Assembly (NCBI RefSeq): GCF_001194135.2
Contig: NC_068998.1
Location: 16,504,258 to 16,568,257 of the forward strand
Source: Octopus bimaculoides
Taxonomy: Eukaryota
Length of the DNA stretch: 64,000 bases
Reading direction: 5' to 3'
Position numbers and translations under genes: made by a program. The notes under the pieces are model-generated. The model saw only the letters and a list, made by a program, of their open reading frames with translations, had not been told where the DNA came from and made no database searches. Each line of letters starts with the position of its first letter. Position 1 is the stretch's first letter. Below, one piece after another: positions 13,169-49,010 of this stretch.

Positions 13169-13491
13169 GCTAATTTTTCAGATTAACACCCGCACGATTT
13201 TAACAACACCCCACCACTACCACCACCACCACCCAAAAAAAGTCGGATTTTTTGCGTGGAATGAAGTACCCTGACCTCCTAATTTGCTGCAAATCCTATA
13301 TTACAAAATCCCGTTACAAAAATAAACTTCTATCGTTACGGATATCCTGTAGCTTATTTTGATTNNNNNNNNNNNNNNNNNNNNNNNNNNNNNNNNNNNN
13401 NNNNNNNNNNNNNNNNNNNNNNNNNNNNNNNNNNNNNNNNNNNNNNNNNNNNNNATATATATATATATACATATATATATATCCTCCTGAC

Positions 13492-13598
13492 GAAGGTAAA
13501 AAAAGAATACGCACACCCAGTGTTTAGGGTTAGAGTTAGGGTTTAGGGTTAGCGTTAGAGTTACATTGAAAACGGGAGGTGTGCGTATTCTTTACTTC
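13492..13598. mobile_element. ~107-bp MITE-like element with 16-bp perfect inverted repeat enclosing degenerate TTAGGG repeats
   Basis: AAAGAATACGCACACC / GGTGTGCGTATTCTTT flank TTAGGG TTAGAG TTAGGG T TTAGGG TTAGCG TTAGAG. Confidence 0.65.
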
Positions 13599-13769
13599 CA
13601 CCTACCCTCCCTATATAGCATTATAGGAATTAGATTCATATTAAAATGTTAAGTTCAAGAAAAAGAAGAATATAAATATTTTTGTCTGAAGTATTTTTAT
13701 TTATTAATTCATTGTTTCTAGGTTTCTCTACTACCACCATCACCAAGAAATTGACCCCGTGACCTGACA

Positions 13770-14029
13770 CGAGTTCAATATCTGACCCCCGAACAACGTC
13801 ATTCTTAGTCTCAAGCTTCAGGTACTTTAAACCAGCTTGAGTCGGCCTGTTCGGCAAATATCGTTAGAATTCCGTAAGCAGCCGAAGTTGATATCGTCAG
13901 CGTTGCGTTGACGCCAAACATTCAGTTGTTAGTTTTCTGTTGTCCACGAAACAGATATAAACCTTCTCTCGATTTTTCTTTCTCTCCCGCCTTTTAATTG
14001 TCAACACTGCCTCACGCTTTTATAGTGAA
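13770..14029 (+). promoter_or_regulatory. CpG-rich proximal promoter / 5' UTR of GOT1, possibly bidirectional
   Basis: Local CpG density far above the window background immediately upstream of the ATG, followed by a pyrimidine-rich leader. TSS cannot be located from sequence. Confidence 0.6.
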
Positions 14030-37489
<23,460 letters not shown>

Positions 37490-38540
37490 CCAGGAGAAAA
37501 TAAACATTAGGTATATTTCAATTTCTCTTTTTCCCAAATATTATATAAATGCAAAAAAATATTGTGCTCTATTGTTTAAAGAGGATAATTTAAATGGTCG
37601 TTAATATTTTGTTGTTGATTGGGCAACAAGCTGGCAGAATCATTACTGCGCCAGGCTAAATACTTAGCATTTTGTCCATCTTTACATTCCGAGTTCAAAT
37701 TCTACCGAGGTTGACTTTGCTTTTCATTCTTTTATGGTCGATAAAAGAAGTACCAGTTGAATACTGGGATCGATGTAATCTACCTGGCCCTTCCCACTAA
37801 ATTGCTGATCTTGCGCCAAAATTTGAAACCAATGTTTTGTTGTAGATTGGCAGAATACCTTATGGTATTTTGTTACAATTTTTTACATTCTGAGTTCATA
37901 TCACAGAGGTTGTTAGAATATATACCAGTTAACTACTGGACTTGTGTGGCTGTGTGATTAGGAAGCAAAGCTTCCCAACTATGTACTCTTTGGTTCAGTC
38001 CCACTGCACAGCACCTTGGGCAAGTCTTCTACTAGAGCCCTGGGCTGACCAAAGCTTTGTGATTAGATTTAGCAGAAGGAAACTAGAGGCCCATTATTAA
38101 TATACATGTGTGTGTATGTGTGTGTTGACATCATATGATGGGTGTAAATGAGCATCCCAGCTCACTGCCTTTATGATTAATGGAAATAATAAAGAATTTG
38201 GAGAGGTTAAGTTTAATGGGTAACTTTGCTATTATTAAGCTAGTGTTTAGAATAAAAGTTTTTATGGAAATTTTAAATTTAAATATGAACATTTGTATCA
38301 TAGAAGTAATAACTAGTAACCAGGATGGTATTAGAATAGTTAATGAAAAGTCTTGTGCACCAGATGTATTAAAAGGTTAATCGTTGAGATCTATATGCAG
38401 TTGTTGTTTCAATCAATCCAAGTTGGCTTCAATGAAACAAACTTTTATTTCACTATTCCTTTTCATATTGTGTTTTATTTTGACTTATCTGCTACATTCG
38501 TAATATATTACCATTCTTTTTTTATTTATATATTTTTCAG

Positions 38541-39540
38541 ATATATGCTGAGTATGAAGTTAAGAATACCTTCAAACTAAAAAATATCAGTTTGATAGTG
38601 TTAGTATATTTAGAATTGATGGTTTGATTTTAATTTTTGTTTTGGAAATGAGCTGCCAGTTGATGGTAAATTTGTAGAAATGTGTCCATACACACACACA
38701 CAGAGATTTTTATGGAACTCTATTAAATGTGTGAAGTAAGTTAAGAGTTATTAACAATTAAGGTTTTATTCAACTTTAAGGGATAGGGGTTCTTTTTGTT
38801 TTGTTTTTTCCCAATCTTTTCATCAATTTAACCAGGCTTAAGGTAACGATAATGCTATATTTTGTAAAAGCTAATACCAGATTAATGAGCAAAGCTTTTT
38901 TTACATAATATGTGTGTGTGTGTGTGTTTCATTAATAGGGGAATGCATAATTGCTTCAAGATAAACTATATATTGGCAAATATTTTTCTTCAATATTTTT
39001 TACATTCTTTGAATTTTTTTTTTAATATTTAATCAAGCCATGTAAAGACATCAAGAGAAGGCAAAGAAAAAAATTTTTATAATATACTTTATAAAATATG
39101 GGAAATAATTTTTGTGCTTTGAAACTATTCTTCTGTTTAAAAAATCTGATCTGATATATATAGATATAGATATATATGTTAGATTTTTTAAATACAGGAC
39201 AATAATCATATGTTTGTATGTACATGTACTCTTTTGCAAAGGAGTATTTTCCATGTATTTATTATTGGTATTTATTTGTTGGAAATTATGGGAAATAGAA
39301 GAAAGAATAAATTACTTCAAAGAAACATTGATATACTAGATGGCTAATGTCATTAGTACAAGAAAAGAAAATGAGATTATACACCCTGTCCAATATATTT
39401 GAATACAACTTCATGTAAAGCTATATTTCCTTAAACTATGCAAAAATCGATGATATTTTCCCTGTTTAATTAAGTTTTGTTTTGTTGTTGTTGTTTTTAT
39501 TTTTTATAAACGTAAAATAAATTTCTGTCTGGTATTTTTT
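38541..39540 (+). other. GOT1: Putative non-coding terminal exon (distal 3' UTR) of GOT1 after a 3' UTR intron 37511-38540
   Basis: Donor TAG|GTATAT 21 nt after the stop; T-rich tract + TTTTTCAG acceptor at 38540; the downstream ~1 kb is U-rich and SINE-free while the intervening DNA carries SINEs; AATAAA at 39516-39521. Confidence 0.55.
39516..39521 (+). terminator. Candidate polyadenylation signal AATAAA for GOT1
   Basis: Canonical hexamer at the end of the repeat-free U-rich block, followed by GT-rich sequence. Confidence 0.45.
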
Positions 39541-41139
39541 CGAAGTTGTGTCTTCTGCACATTAAACAATCCCAAAATTTAATACTCTCTCTCTCTCTCA
39601 ATAAAATAAGCACCGGTCAAGTACTGGGGTTGATTTCGTTCATTGTTCCCTCTCCTAAAATTTATGGTATTTTGCCTATGCTAAAATACCACTATCACTT
39701 GCTTGTATGAAACATAAGCTACAGACTTGTTATCACTTCTCACTGCTACACTGTGACAAAAATAACTCGCTTCTCAATTATAAATGTAGAAGCAGCTGTC
39801 TTCTTTTATCATTTCTGTTCTCATACTCTTCTAGAATCATTTTAATGGCCCATAAGCACCAACTTCTACAAGGGGGCTTTTGGTCCATACGGGGCTAGAG
39901 TGGCACAAATCTTTGTGTAGTTCTTGGTACTCTGCAGAACTTATATTGCAAGAAACTTGATCTGTTAAGGACCCTCACTAAGTAAGTGTCCTCTGGTATT
40001 TGATGACACCTTCAAATTGTTAATTTGTTGTTATCAATCATTCTTCATTGTATCCTTCATCTTCTTGCTGCCAAAAGTCTAATCCAGAACTCTGGATACT
40101 GGAACCTTAATGACTACTGGCACCAGAGTCAACTGATCCCATAACTTGCAATGGAAAAAGTTATTACTCCTTGAAATAGCTAAACTTTTAGCTGTCATCC
40201 ACAAAACAACATTGGGAAAATAGACACCAAAGTCGGCCTTTTTGGTAATGCAAACTTCTACAAGTGTTCCTTGATACTCAGTCACCAAAATTATGCAAAA
40301 TGTCATGCTTCCTTGGGCTTATTATACTAAAGAGTGCTAAATTTGAAGTACCATGTCTAGTTTTCACTTAATATCTGTAATAATAAATTTATTTCCATCA
40401 ACTCACAAGATTGTTTTTATTATTATTTATCGTACTATTGTCTTTGTAATGACTCCTCATATCCTGCCCATGCAGCAAATGAAAAATTATTATTATCATT
40501 ATTTTTGTTATGGATTTCAAATTTTGGCTCACAGCCAGCAATTTCAAGGGAGGTCAATTACATCAACCCCAGTGCTCAACCCCTAAAGGACGAAAGGCAG
40601 AGTCAACCTTGGCAGAATTTGAACTGTGGTCGACTTTGCCTTTCGCCTTTTAAAAATCAATAAATTAAGTACCAGTGAAACAATGGAGTCGATGTAATCA
40701 TCTAGTCCCCTCCTCCCAAATTTCAGACTTTGTGTGTTTTATAGAAAGGATGATCATTATCATTCTTATAGTTTTCTTCTAAATAATATTGATCAAAATT
40801 GCAGGTATGGGGGTCAGTAACAAGCACAAACTCATGATTTATTATCAACCAAAAGACCGACAACATATTCTCTACTCTATTATCATAGTTTTAGCATGTG
40901 TGTGTGAACAATTGTTATTTAGCCCCAAATCAGACCTGTTTCTTGCTGGTATGGGTCAGATAGTTTTTCTGGGTTAGTCAATTCAATAAAGAGCAGAAAT
41001 AGAGTATTGCTTGGATTTGAAATTTCAAGCAGAGCCCTTTATTTCACATTTTTTTATTTTGCAATGAAGGCCTCTGCACAAAATGTGGAGTATTTTTAAG
41101 ATTTTGAGCCATACCTGAAGTCTTGAGAAGTGGCTCAAA

Positions 41140-41525
41140 TCTAATATGACAAAAGGGTTCTTGTTTTATCAAGACAATGCTCCAGCACACAAGTCCATTT
41201 CAATGGCTGCTATGTGTGACTGTGGCATTGAACTGGTTGATCACCCTCCCTATTCTCCTGATTTGACCCCCATCTGACTATTATCTGTTCTTCAACACTT
41301 GACAGGGAACCAGTATCACAGTGATGATGACATCATATCTGTTGTTGATGACTTTTTTTTATCAATAGGATGAAAGCTTCAACGCCATTGGACTCCAAGC
41401 ACTGCAACACTGATGGAAAAAGTGTGTGGTGGATTGCAAGGGAAACTAAGTTGAAAAATAAATCTCGTTTGGTCACATTCTATGAGAGTATCTTGGTCAG
41501 CTTATGAACTTTCCAGCCAACCTAT
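41140..41525 (+). mobile_element. Mariner transposase C-terminal remnant (different subfamily)
   Basis: FYQDNAPAHKS...ELVDHPPYSPDL-PSDYYLF...WKKCV...VEK, the DD34D catalytic end. Confidence 0.88.
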
Positions 41526-42139
41526 GTATTGAAATACAATAAAAAATCAACACAATGTTTATTTTAGAATATTTTTATTTTCTAAAATGAAGTACAATGA
41601 ATCAAATTTCCATACACATGTAATTTTCTCTTCCATAAGTTCAAAAATAAATTTAGTATGGAAATTTATCAGCAGTTTGGAAATCCATTTATTAAGCATC
41701 CATATGAAAATTTTTTTATTTTTTTATTTTTCTTCTTTGACAAGGAATGTCAATAAATAAAACATATAATTGACCAGAATAAAACAAGAGTGTCATTAAG
41801 TTTGAAAATTAAAATGGGAAAGAAAATATACATGTATTTAAGAACCAAATTTTTTACTTTTTTTTTCTGTATTTGTATTGAAATGAAGATTATGTTAATT
41901 GAAAGACTTCATTCTAATGAACAGACTTCTAACATCTCAGCTCACAAACTTAAAAACCATGGAGAAATAATGAAATCCATTACAATGATGCATGATGATA
42001 TTAACTTACATTCACAGTTAATCTACTATAATACATTTGTTGTGTGAGGGCCATTATCCATTGATAGTGACTCAGCACAAGGATGGGGTAGAACTTAAAG
42101 GTTTCATCTTTGTAGTTTACTGTATTTTCTTTTTTTCTT

Positions 42140-42360
42140 ATTGCCCACAAGGGGCTAAACATAGAGGGGACAAACAAGGACAGATAAAGAGATTAAGTTG
42201 ATTACATCGACCCCAGTGCATAACTGGTACTTAATTTATCGACCCCGAAAGGATGAAAGGCAAAGTCGACCTCAGCGGAATTTGAACTCAGAACGTAACG
42301 GCAGACGAAATACCACTAAGCATTTCGCCCGGCGTGCTAATGATTCTGCCAGCTCACCAC
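42140..42360 (-). mobile_element. tRNA-derived SINE family C, ~220 bp (>14 copies, e.g. 9535-9740, 16475-16865 tandem, 21945-22170, 23490-23680, 28080-28285, 37625-37830, 47540-47760, 60460-60676, 63385-63605)
   Basis: Recurrent GAGCTGGCAGAATCGTTAGC...TTCTGAGTTCAAATTCC...GTCGACTTTGCCTTTCATCC...GTCGATAAA.TAAGTACCAG. Confidence 0.9.
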
Positions 42361-42365
42361 CTTTA

Positions 42366-42566
42366 CTGTATTTTCTGGCATACAAGTCAAATTTTTCAGG
42401 CCAAAATTTACAGCAAAAAAAAGGCAGGTCAACTTATACACCACAATGACTTTGGAGGACCAAATGTGAAATGCAGCAGGATTCAAAAAGATAGTGACAA
42501 TGTTTTAATGTTTACATAACAAGTTTACACTATATACTACATCAACTTGTATGCTGGAAAATACAG
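42366..42566. mobile_element. Tc1/mariner-superfamily (pogo/Tc2-like) MITE
   Basis: TA|CTGTATTTTCTGGCATACAAGT ... ACTTGTATGCTGGAAAATACAG|TA; 22-bp TIR with 2 mismatches, TA TSD. Confidence 0.8.
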
Positions 42567-43263
42567 TATCTTGGGCATGTTGCCTTACCCTTTTGCAAGT
42601 ATAAAAAGTGTGAGTGGATTGAACTCAATACTGAAAGCTAACAAACATTTGATCATATAGTGCCTACTACATTGATAAAAATCATAGTACCACATATTTC
42701 TGAGAATTGTGAGGAGCAAGAAATGAATAGCAAATTTTGATCAAGAGTAGCTTGAATCTTTGTTAACTTTACCAGCTTCATCTCCTCTTATATAATATTT
42801 TCAGTTAAAAAAATAAGAAGTAGAATATCAATGTTATTATTTGTTTTCATGTTATGTTAATTTTGACTATATTTAGAATATTTACATTATCTTTTTTTTT
42901 AATGTTTCAATTATTTACATTAAAAAAAAAATGAGATATTTAAGTAAGTTCACCAAAACATTGTACAATATAAGCCTAATCAGAAAAACAAAAACAAATA
43001 ATATTGTTATTCTTGGGAATGGTCTTATTTTGCCAATTAAACACTCACACTATATCTTGGTCTTCATTTCAGCTTTTTTGTTTATTATCTTAGTTCCTTT
43101 GTGTTTAATTGACAAAATATGACCATCCCCAAGTATAGTATTATCTATTTCAACATACAATTTCACATCAAGAATCTTGCAAAACAAATACATAAACATA
43201 ACAAAAAGACTAAATTTTCAGAAAACTGATTATTAACAAGTGCTAGTGTTTTGGTGAGTTTAA

Positions 43264-43499
43264 CCCTTTAGCATTCAAACCAGCCATATCCAGCCCAAAT
43301 ATTCTATCTTTTTTTTATTTGTTTTTTTTTTTGTTCAAACTGGCCAGGTCCAGCTTCTCTTATCTACTCTACACTGTCACTCTAAAAATAAATAATCATA
43401 TCAATGAAATCTCAAAACCATGAGATAATTTACAATTAATTCAAAGTAATATGAATAAATAAGCATTACGTTTGACCAAATAATCTGAATGCTATAGGG
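43264..43499. mobile_element. piggyBac-type MITE (other copies 3942-4157, 11192-11411, 48343-48562, 57738-58180)
   Basis: TTAA|CCCTTTAGCATT ... AATGCTATAGGG|TTAA; ~220-235 bp, TTAA TSD and CCC/GGG termini; five alignable copies. Confidence 0.85.
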
Positions 43500-45619
43500 T
43501 TAAAAGACATAGTCAGAATTTACAACCTTTTGAAATTTTTGCAAACTGGAAAAACAAAAGAAAAAAAAATTCCTATTTATGAAGGAGAATGGTGAGGGAG
43601 GAGGCAGTGAGGAAACAAAACAAAAAGGAAGAAACAGAGTAAATTAATAATCCTCATATTTGTTGATTGATAGTTATTCCTTAATAGACAGGAGTTTAAA
43701 TGTTATTACTTATTACAGTTTGGTATACCCCTTGGGAGGGAAGAAAAAAAAAAACATGATGTTGCTTGTTTTCAGTCTGCCATAGTGACTGAATGGATAC
43801 TGCTTGAACCAGCAGAGCATCAAACAAAATTCCTTGATGTGTTTAGTTCAATCCCATTATGTCCTACAATCAAATGCCACCACAACTGACTTCACTTCTC
43901 ACCATTTAAGGATCAATAAAATGATATAACCAATATACCATTTGATATAACCAAAACATATTTTTCTCAAATACACAACTGAATGAGCGACTGATAGTTT
44001 CATGCTTTTATGATATTTTTAACTAAGCATATTTATAAACTGAGCCATGTATCTCCAAGCAATCTTTCAGGCTCTGTTTAAGCATTATATGTATTTTAAA
44101 AACAAGGATGCACAAACAGAGCCTGAAAGATTGCTTAGAGATACATGGCTCAGTTTATAAATATGCCAACTTAAAGTATCACAAAAGCATAAAACTATTA
44201 GTGGCCCTTTTGATTTTGTATTAGATATTTGTCTGACACTGGATGGAGTACCTTTTTCGTTGATTCTACCAATATTGGATATATATATATGTATACGTGT
44301 ATATATATATATATATATATATATAGAATCACAATTAAAGGTTACAAACCTCATTCAGGGATAGCAAAATCCTATGAAAGTACTGGTTAGTTACCTATAC
44401 AAAGAATATTGAACATTACATTTAATACTCAACTGCAAGGTAACTATATAAACCGTGGTTTATGTGTGTGTGTGTGTGTGTATGTGTGGCCGTGTGTATA
44501 AAATTCAGGGTTAACTGTTCAGAGGAAAGCACTTACAACTAAGAGTCAATATAATGAATGCAACAAAAAGTTTTTTATTTTTATTTCATCTGGAGTCAAT
44601 CAGGGATTGGTTGTAACAAAAGGTGAGTGGACTCTTATTCAACTAATTCCTGATGTATCAAGACAAAACAAAATACCTTTTCTTAGATTCATTATTTTTA
44701 TCAATTAACTATAAATAAATAAATACATATATATTTATATTATATCATCATCATCATCATCGTTTAACGTCCGCTTTCCATGCTGGCATGGGTTGGATGG
44801 TTTGATGAGAACTGACAAGCCAGGAGGCTGCACCAGGCTCCAATCTGATCTGGCAAGGTTTCTACAGCTGGATGCCAACCACCCTGAGAGTGTATTGGGT
44901 GCTTTTTACGTGCCTAGGAATGTTGTTGACAGTGACTGCTCAGTTTCAGCCATTTAAGCTATTGTCAGACTGCCAATGATGGCTTAACTGGTTGAAACTT
45001 TGAAGTCATTGTCAACAACATTTTTATAGAAGAAGAATAAATTTGCACTCTACAAATGTATAGAGTAACCCATCAGATTAATGTAAAATTGTTTTCTTTA
45101 TAACTGAACATGAAAACAAACATTAATATATCTAATATCTATTTAATCTATATATAGAGAGAGAGGGGGGGAAGATAGACAGAGATGGACAGCATGTGTA
45201 TGTGTGTATATAAGTAGTATGCAAATATGTATGTATGTATGTAAGTGGTATGTATGTGTGTATGTATTTGTATGCAAGCATGTATGTACATATGTACAGT
45301 AGAAACTCGTTTTGTGAATGGAAATGTTATTGCAAATTCAAATCTAAATACAGAAAGCAGGGGAGATAACTCCTACGAATTTTTGAAAAATGACAATGCA
45401 GAGAGAGAGCCTTATCTTCGTCGTCAAATGTAAAAAACATCAAATATGTTTTGTTTTTGTTAAATCTCCTCAGTAAAGCCATATTCACTAGCAATTGTCT
45501 TCACTTAGAATGATAAGTTTCATCATTATCTTCAAATTCATCATTATCAACACCACCACAACTTTATTACACCACTATCATCATCATCATCATCAACAGC
45601 AACAATAACAACAGCAGCA

Positions 45620-46410
45620 GCGGATGGTCAACTGGAAAGAGAAAGTCCAACACGGAGAGCTTTTCCAGCAAACATTGGATGAAACCAATGAAGAGTCCTG
45701 GAGATGGTTAAGACAGAGTTTTTTACAGAAGGAAACAGGGCTGATTCTTGCTACTCAAAAACAAGCTTTAAATGCACAAACTCAAGAATAAGCTTTATGT
45801 ACAAAGTCAATCAAGTGTAGCATTGATAAGACAGCAGCATTACCTTTTTTGTAGGCTATGTGGAAAATTGTCTGAGACAGACATATAACTAGTGGAAGCT
45901 CAAAACTAGAGGCATACAAAAAATATCATGACAAAATAGCAGTGCGGATACAATGGGAGTTGTACAAGAAGTATGGGCTAGAATGATCCATATGAACACC
46001 AACTTTGGCCAGTAGCAGAGAATGATCAGGTGAGACGCACATGGGATATGCCAATATATACAGACAAAAGGCTGCAACATGACTGACCAGATATCACTTT
46101 CCAGCTGAGAGTCCACAGAATGGACCTGCATCAAGGTTGCTTTTCCTGCAAACCAGAATATTGTTAAGACAGAGGATGAAGGTGTCGGGAAGTACCAAGA
46201 CTTATGATTGGAAACAAAAAAAAAAAATCCACAGAGCTTCAAAAGTGAGTGTGGTACCTATTGTGATCAATGCACTTAGAACCATCTCGAAAAGAGCAAT
46301 ATCCTGGCATCAAAAGCTGCAAATACCAAACTTCTGAGGAGGTATTCAGATGGCAGCAATACTTGGGACAGCTCATGTGTTGAGGAATGTGTTGCATCTC
46401 TAAGCTGCAG
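45620..46410 (+). mobile_element. Degenerate R4/Dong-type 3' fragment (CCHC zinc knuckle + restriction-like endonuclease)
   Basis: Broken translation WKEKVQHGE...ESWRWL...ETGLILATQKQAL...PFCRLCGKLSET...WDMPIYTDKRLQHD*PDI...KYQDL...VPIVINAL...AAILGTAHVLRNVL. Confidence 0.8.
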
Positions 46411-48566
46411 AATGGGGCTGAGATGTGACATAGATAAAAATCAGTTAAGGGAATAAAATGTATTCCTTTAGATACACTTTGTATCATTACAATTGCATTC
46501 ATTAATTGCTGCTTAACTCTATAAAGTTCCACTAAAACATGGATACACAATTAAATAGGAATTATTAAATAGCTTTTGAAAGAAGATTCCAGGCTCTATA
46601 AACAAACTGAAAGAAAGAGTAAATGTGTAGGAGGTAGTGAAAATAGTGACAGTGGTTTCTTAAAGTGGCATAATGTCACTAGAAATCTGCCAGGAAAGAG
46701 CTTAGCTAGTTAGCATTGACCCTAGTATATACCTGGTACTTATTTCAAAGACAATAATAATAATAATTCTTTCTAGTTTTGGTATAGAACCAGCAACTTT
46801 ATTGGGAGGGGGTTAGTTGATTACATCAACTTCAGTACTTGATTGTTATGTTATTTTATTGACCCAGCAGGGATGAAAGTTGGCTTTTAGTTGTATAAGT
46901 TGGCTTTGGCAGGATTTGAACTCAGGACATCAAATGCCAGAAATGGTACTAAACATTTCATCCAGCATGCTAACAATTCTGCCAGATCGTCATCTTATAC
47001 AAAATTAACAATAATATTATCGACAAAAAATAAGACTATTAACATGTAATAATCAGATGACAAATATAAAATAATAATAAAAAATATAGAAAAATATACC
47101 TCACATCAAAAATACAGTCCTGAGGGAAAATAAATTTATCTAAAAATTATGCAATAAAATTATTCAACTCTCATGAGTTAGAAATAGTACAACACACACA
47201 TACACAAAAAAAAGAAGATAAAATATAAAACAAAGTATTTATCCAGCAATTGCATTGATATAACAAAATATACTGATATGAATTTCTGTTCGTAATGCTA
47301 TATATATATTTAGCATTGCTTAATGAAAGAATGAATGAAACAAGATGAACTTCTAACATGAAATTGATCAACAGCTGTTTATGATCAACAAACTTAAATT
47401 TTTCTGATGGATATTTTAGATTACATTATAATTTCATTAGGTTTTTAGGGTTTTATTTTATTTATTTATTTTTGTTTCTGGAACAAATATTACATTAATT
47501 ATGAAAGCTTAAGGATTTTGCTACCATACAACTTACTTAATGTTGGTTTAAAATTTTGACACAAGTCCAGCAATTTTAAGGGAGGGTTAAGTCGATTACA
47601 TTGACCCCAGTGTTCAACTGGTACTTATTTTATTGACCCCGAAAGAATGAAAGGTAAAATGGACCTCAGCAGAATTTGAACACAGAACATAAAGACAGAC
47701 AAAATGCTGCTAAGCATTTCACTCATCATGCTAAAAATTCAGCCAGTTCACCGCTTTCAACTTACTTAATATCAAAGAAGTTTGTAATTAGCCAAGTTAG
47801 TGAAGTATCATAATCCTAGCCATAGGATTGATAGTTCATGTTTTGCTTACCAGTACTATGTTGTGTCTATGATCTAACTGCTCTGTTCTGCCTGGCTCTC
47901 TATAGTACGTCTGCAAATAGGTATCACAGCTGCATGTTGGTCAATTCTAAAAGCAGCAGAAACATTTTGTTAGCTTGTAGTACTGGGTTCAACTCATCTC
48001 TAGAACAGTTGCAATACTATAAAACTAGTAAAAAAACTTCACCATATCTATCAACCAGAAACAGTATAATGAGCAGAGTCATTCAAAGTTTCTGTTATTT
48101 TTTCTCTTATTTGCTCATTTTTTTTTTATGAGTTAGGTACATTGTACAAGTTTACAAATCACAACATTTTGGTGTTTCCTGTCAAGGAAACACTTTTGTT
48201 ATGGGTTTTTTGTTTTTGTTTTTTTACAAGGAAGCATTACAACCTACAGTTACTACAAAAACACAGATTCTTATTTCTCATATATACTAATCAAATGGAA
48301 TCACAAAGTTCTTTTTTATATTCCAGCTTCCAATATTATTAACCTATTAGCATTTAAACAGGCCATATCAGGCCCAAATATTCTAGTTGTTTTATGTTCA
48401 AACCAACCAGATTGAGACTCTCACACCTATCCTGTAATGTCATTCTAAAAATAAACAATCACATCACTGAAATCTCAAAGCCATGCATTAATGCATAATT
48501 AATTCAAATCAATGTGAATAAATAAGCAGAATATTTGACAGAATAATTTGAATGTTAAAGGGTGAA

Positions 48567-49010
48567 ACCATGTGATGGATATGTATGGGAGTGAGACATG
48601 GTGTCTGGGGGAAAGCAAAATGGCAATTTTGAGAAGGACCGAGAGAGCAATGTGTGGTGTGAAACTATTGGATAAAAGGAGGGCTGAGGACTTAATGGGG
48701 ATGCTGGGGTTAGAGGAATCGGTGGAACAACTGACAACGGTGAATGGAGTGCAGTGGTATGGACATGTGTTGAGGAGGGATGAGGATCATGTTCTGAGGA
48801 GAGTGCTTGAGTTTAAAGTGAATGAACCACAAAAGCGAGATCAACCAAAGAAAAGGTGGAGGGGAGGTTAGGAGGGTTGGTTCGAGGAGGGAGGATGCCC
48901 AAAATCAGGCGAGATAGTGTGAGAGCAGTTGCTGTAAGAGTGAGGTAGATCCGGCCACCCCTGTTAACAGGGACAAGCCCAGATTTAAAATATTGGACAT
49001 CATCAATCAA
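48567..49010 (+). mobile_element. RTE-clade LINE 3' fragment (RT thumb region)
   Basis: ORF 48572-48871: YGSETW...QWYGHVLRRDEDHVLRRVLEF...QPKKRW, typical RTE C-terminal motifs. Confidence 0.85.

Noticed and set aside
39830-40310. Higher-complexity stretch possibly from a LINE (minus ORF 40079-40306)
   Set aside because: Only a vague resemblance to L1/Tx1 post-RT motifs; too weak to call.
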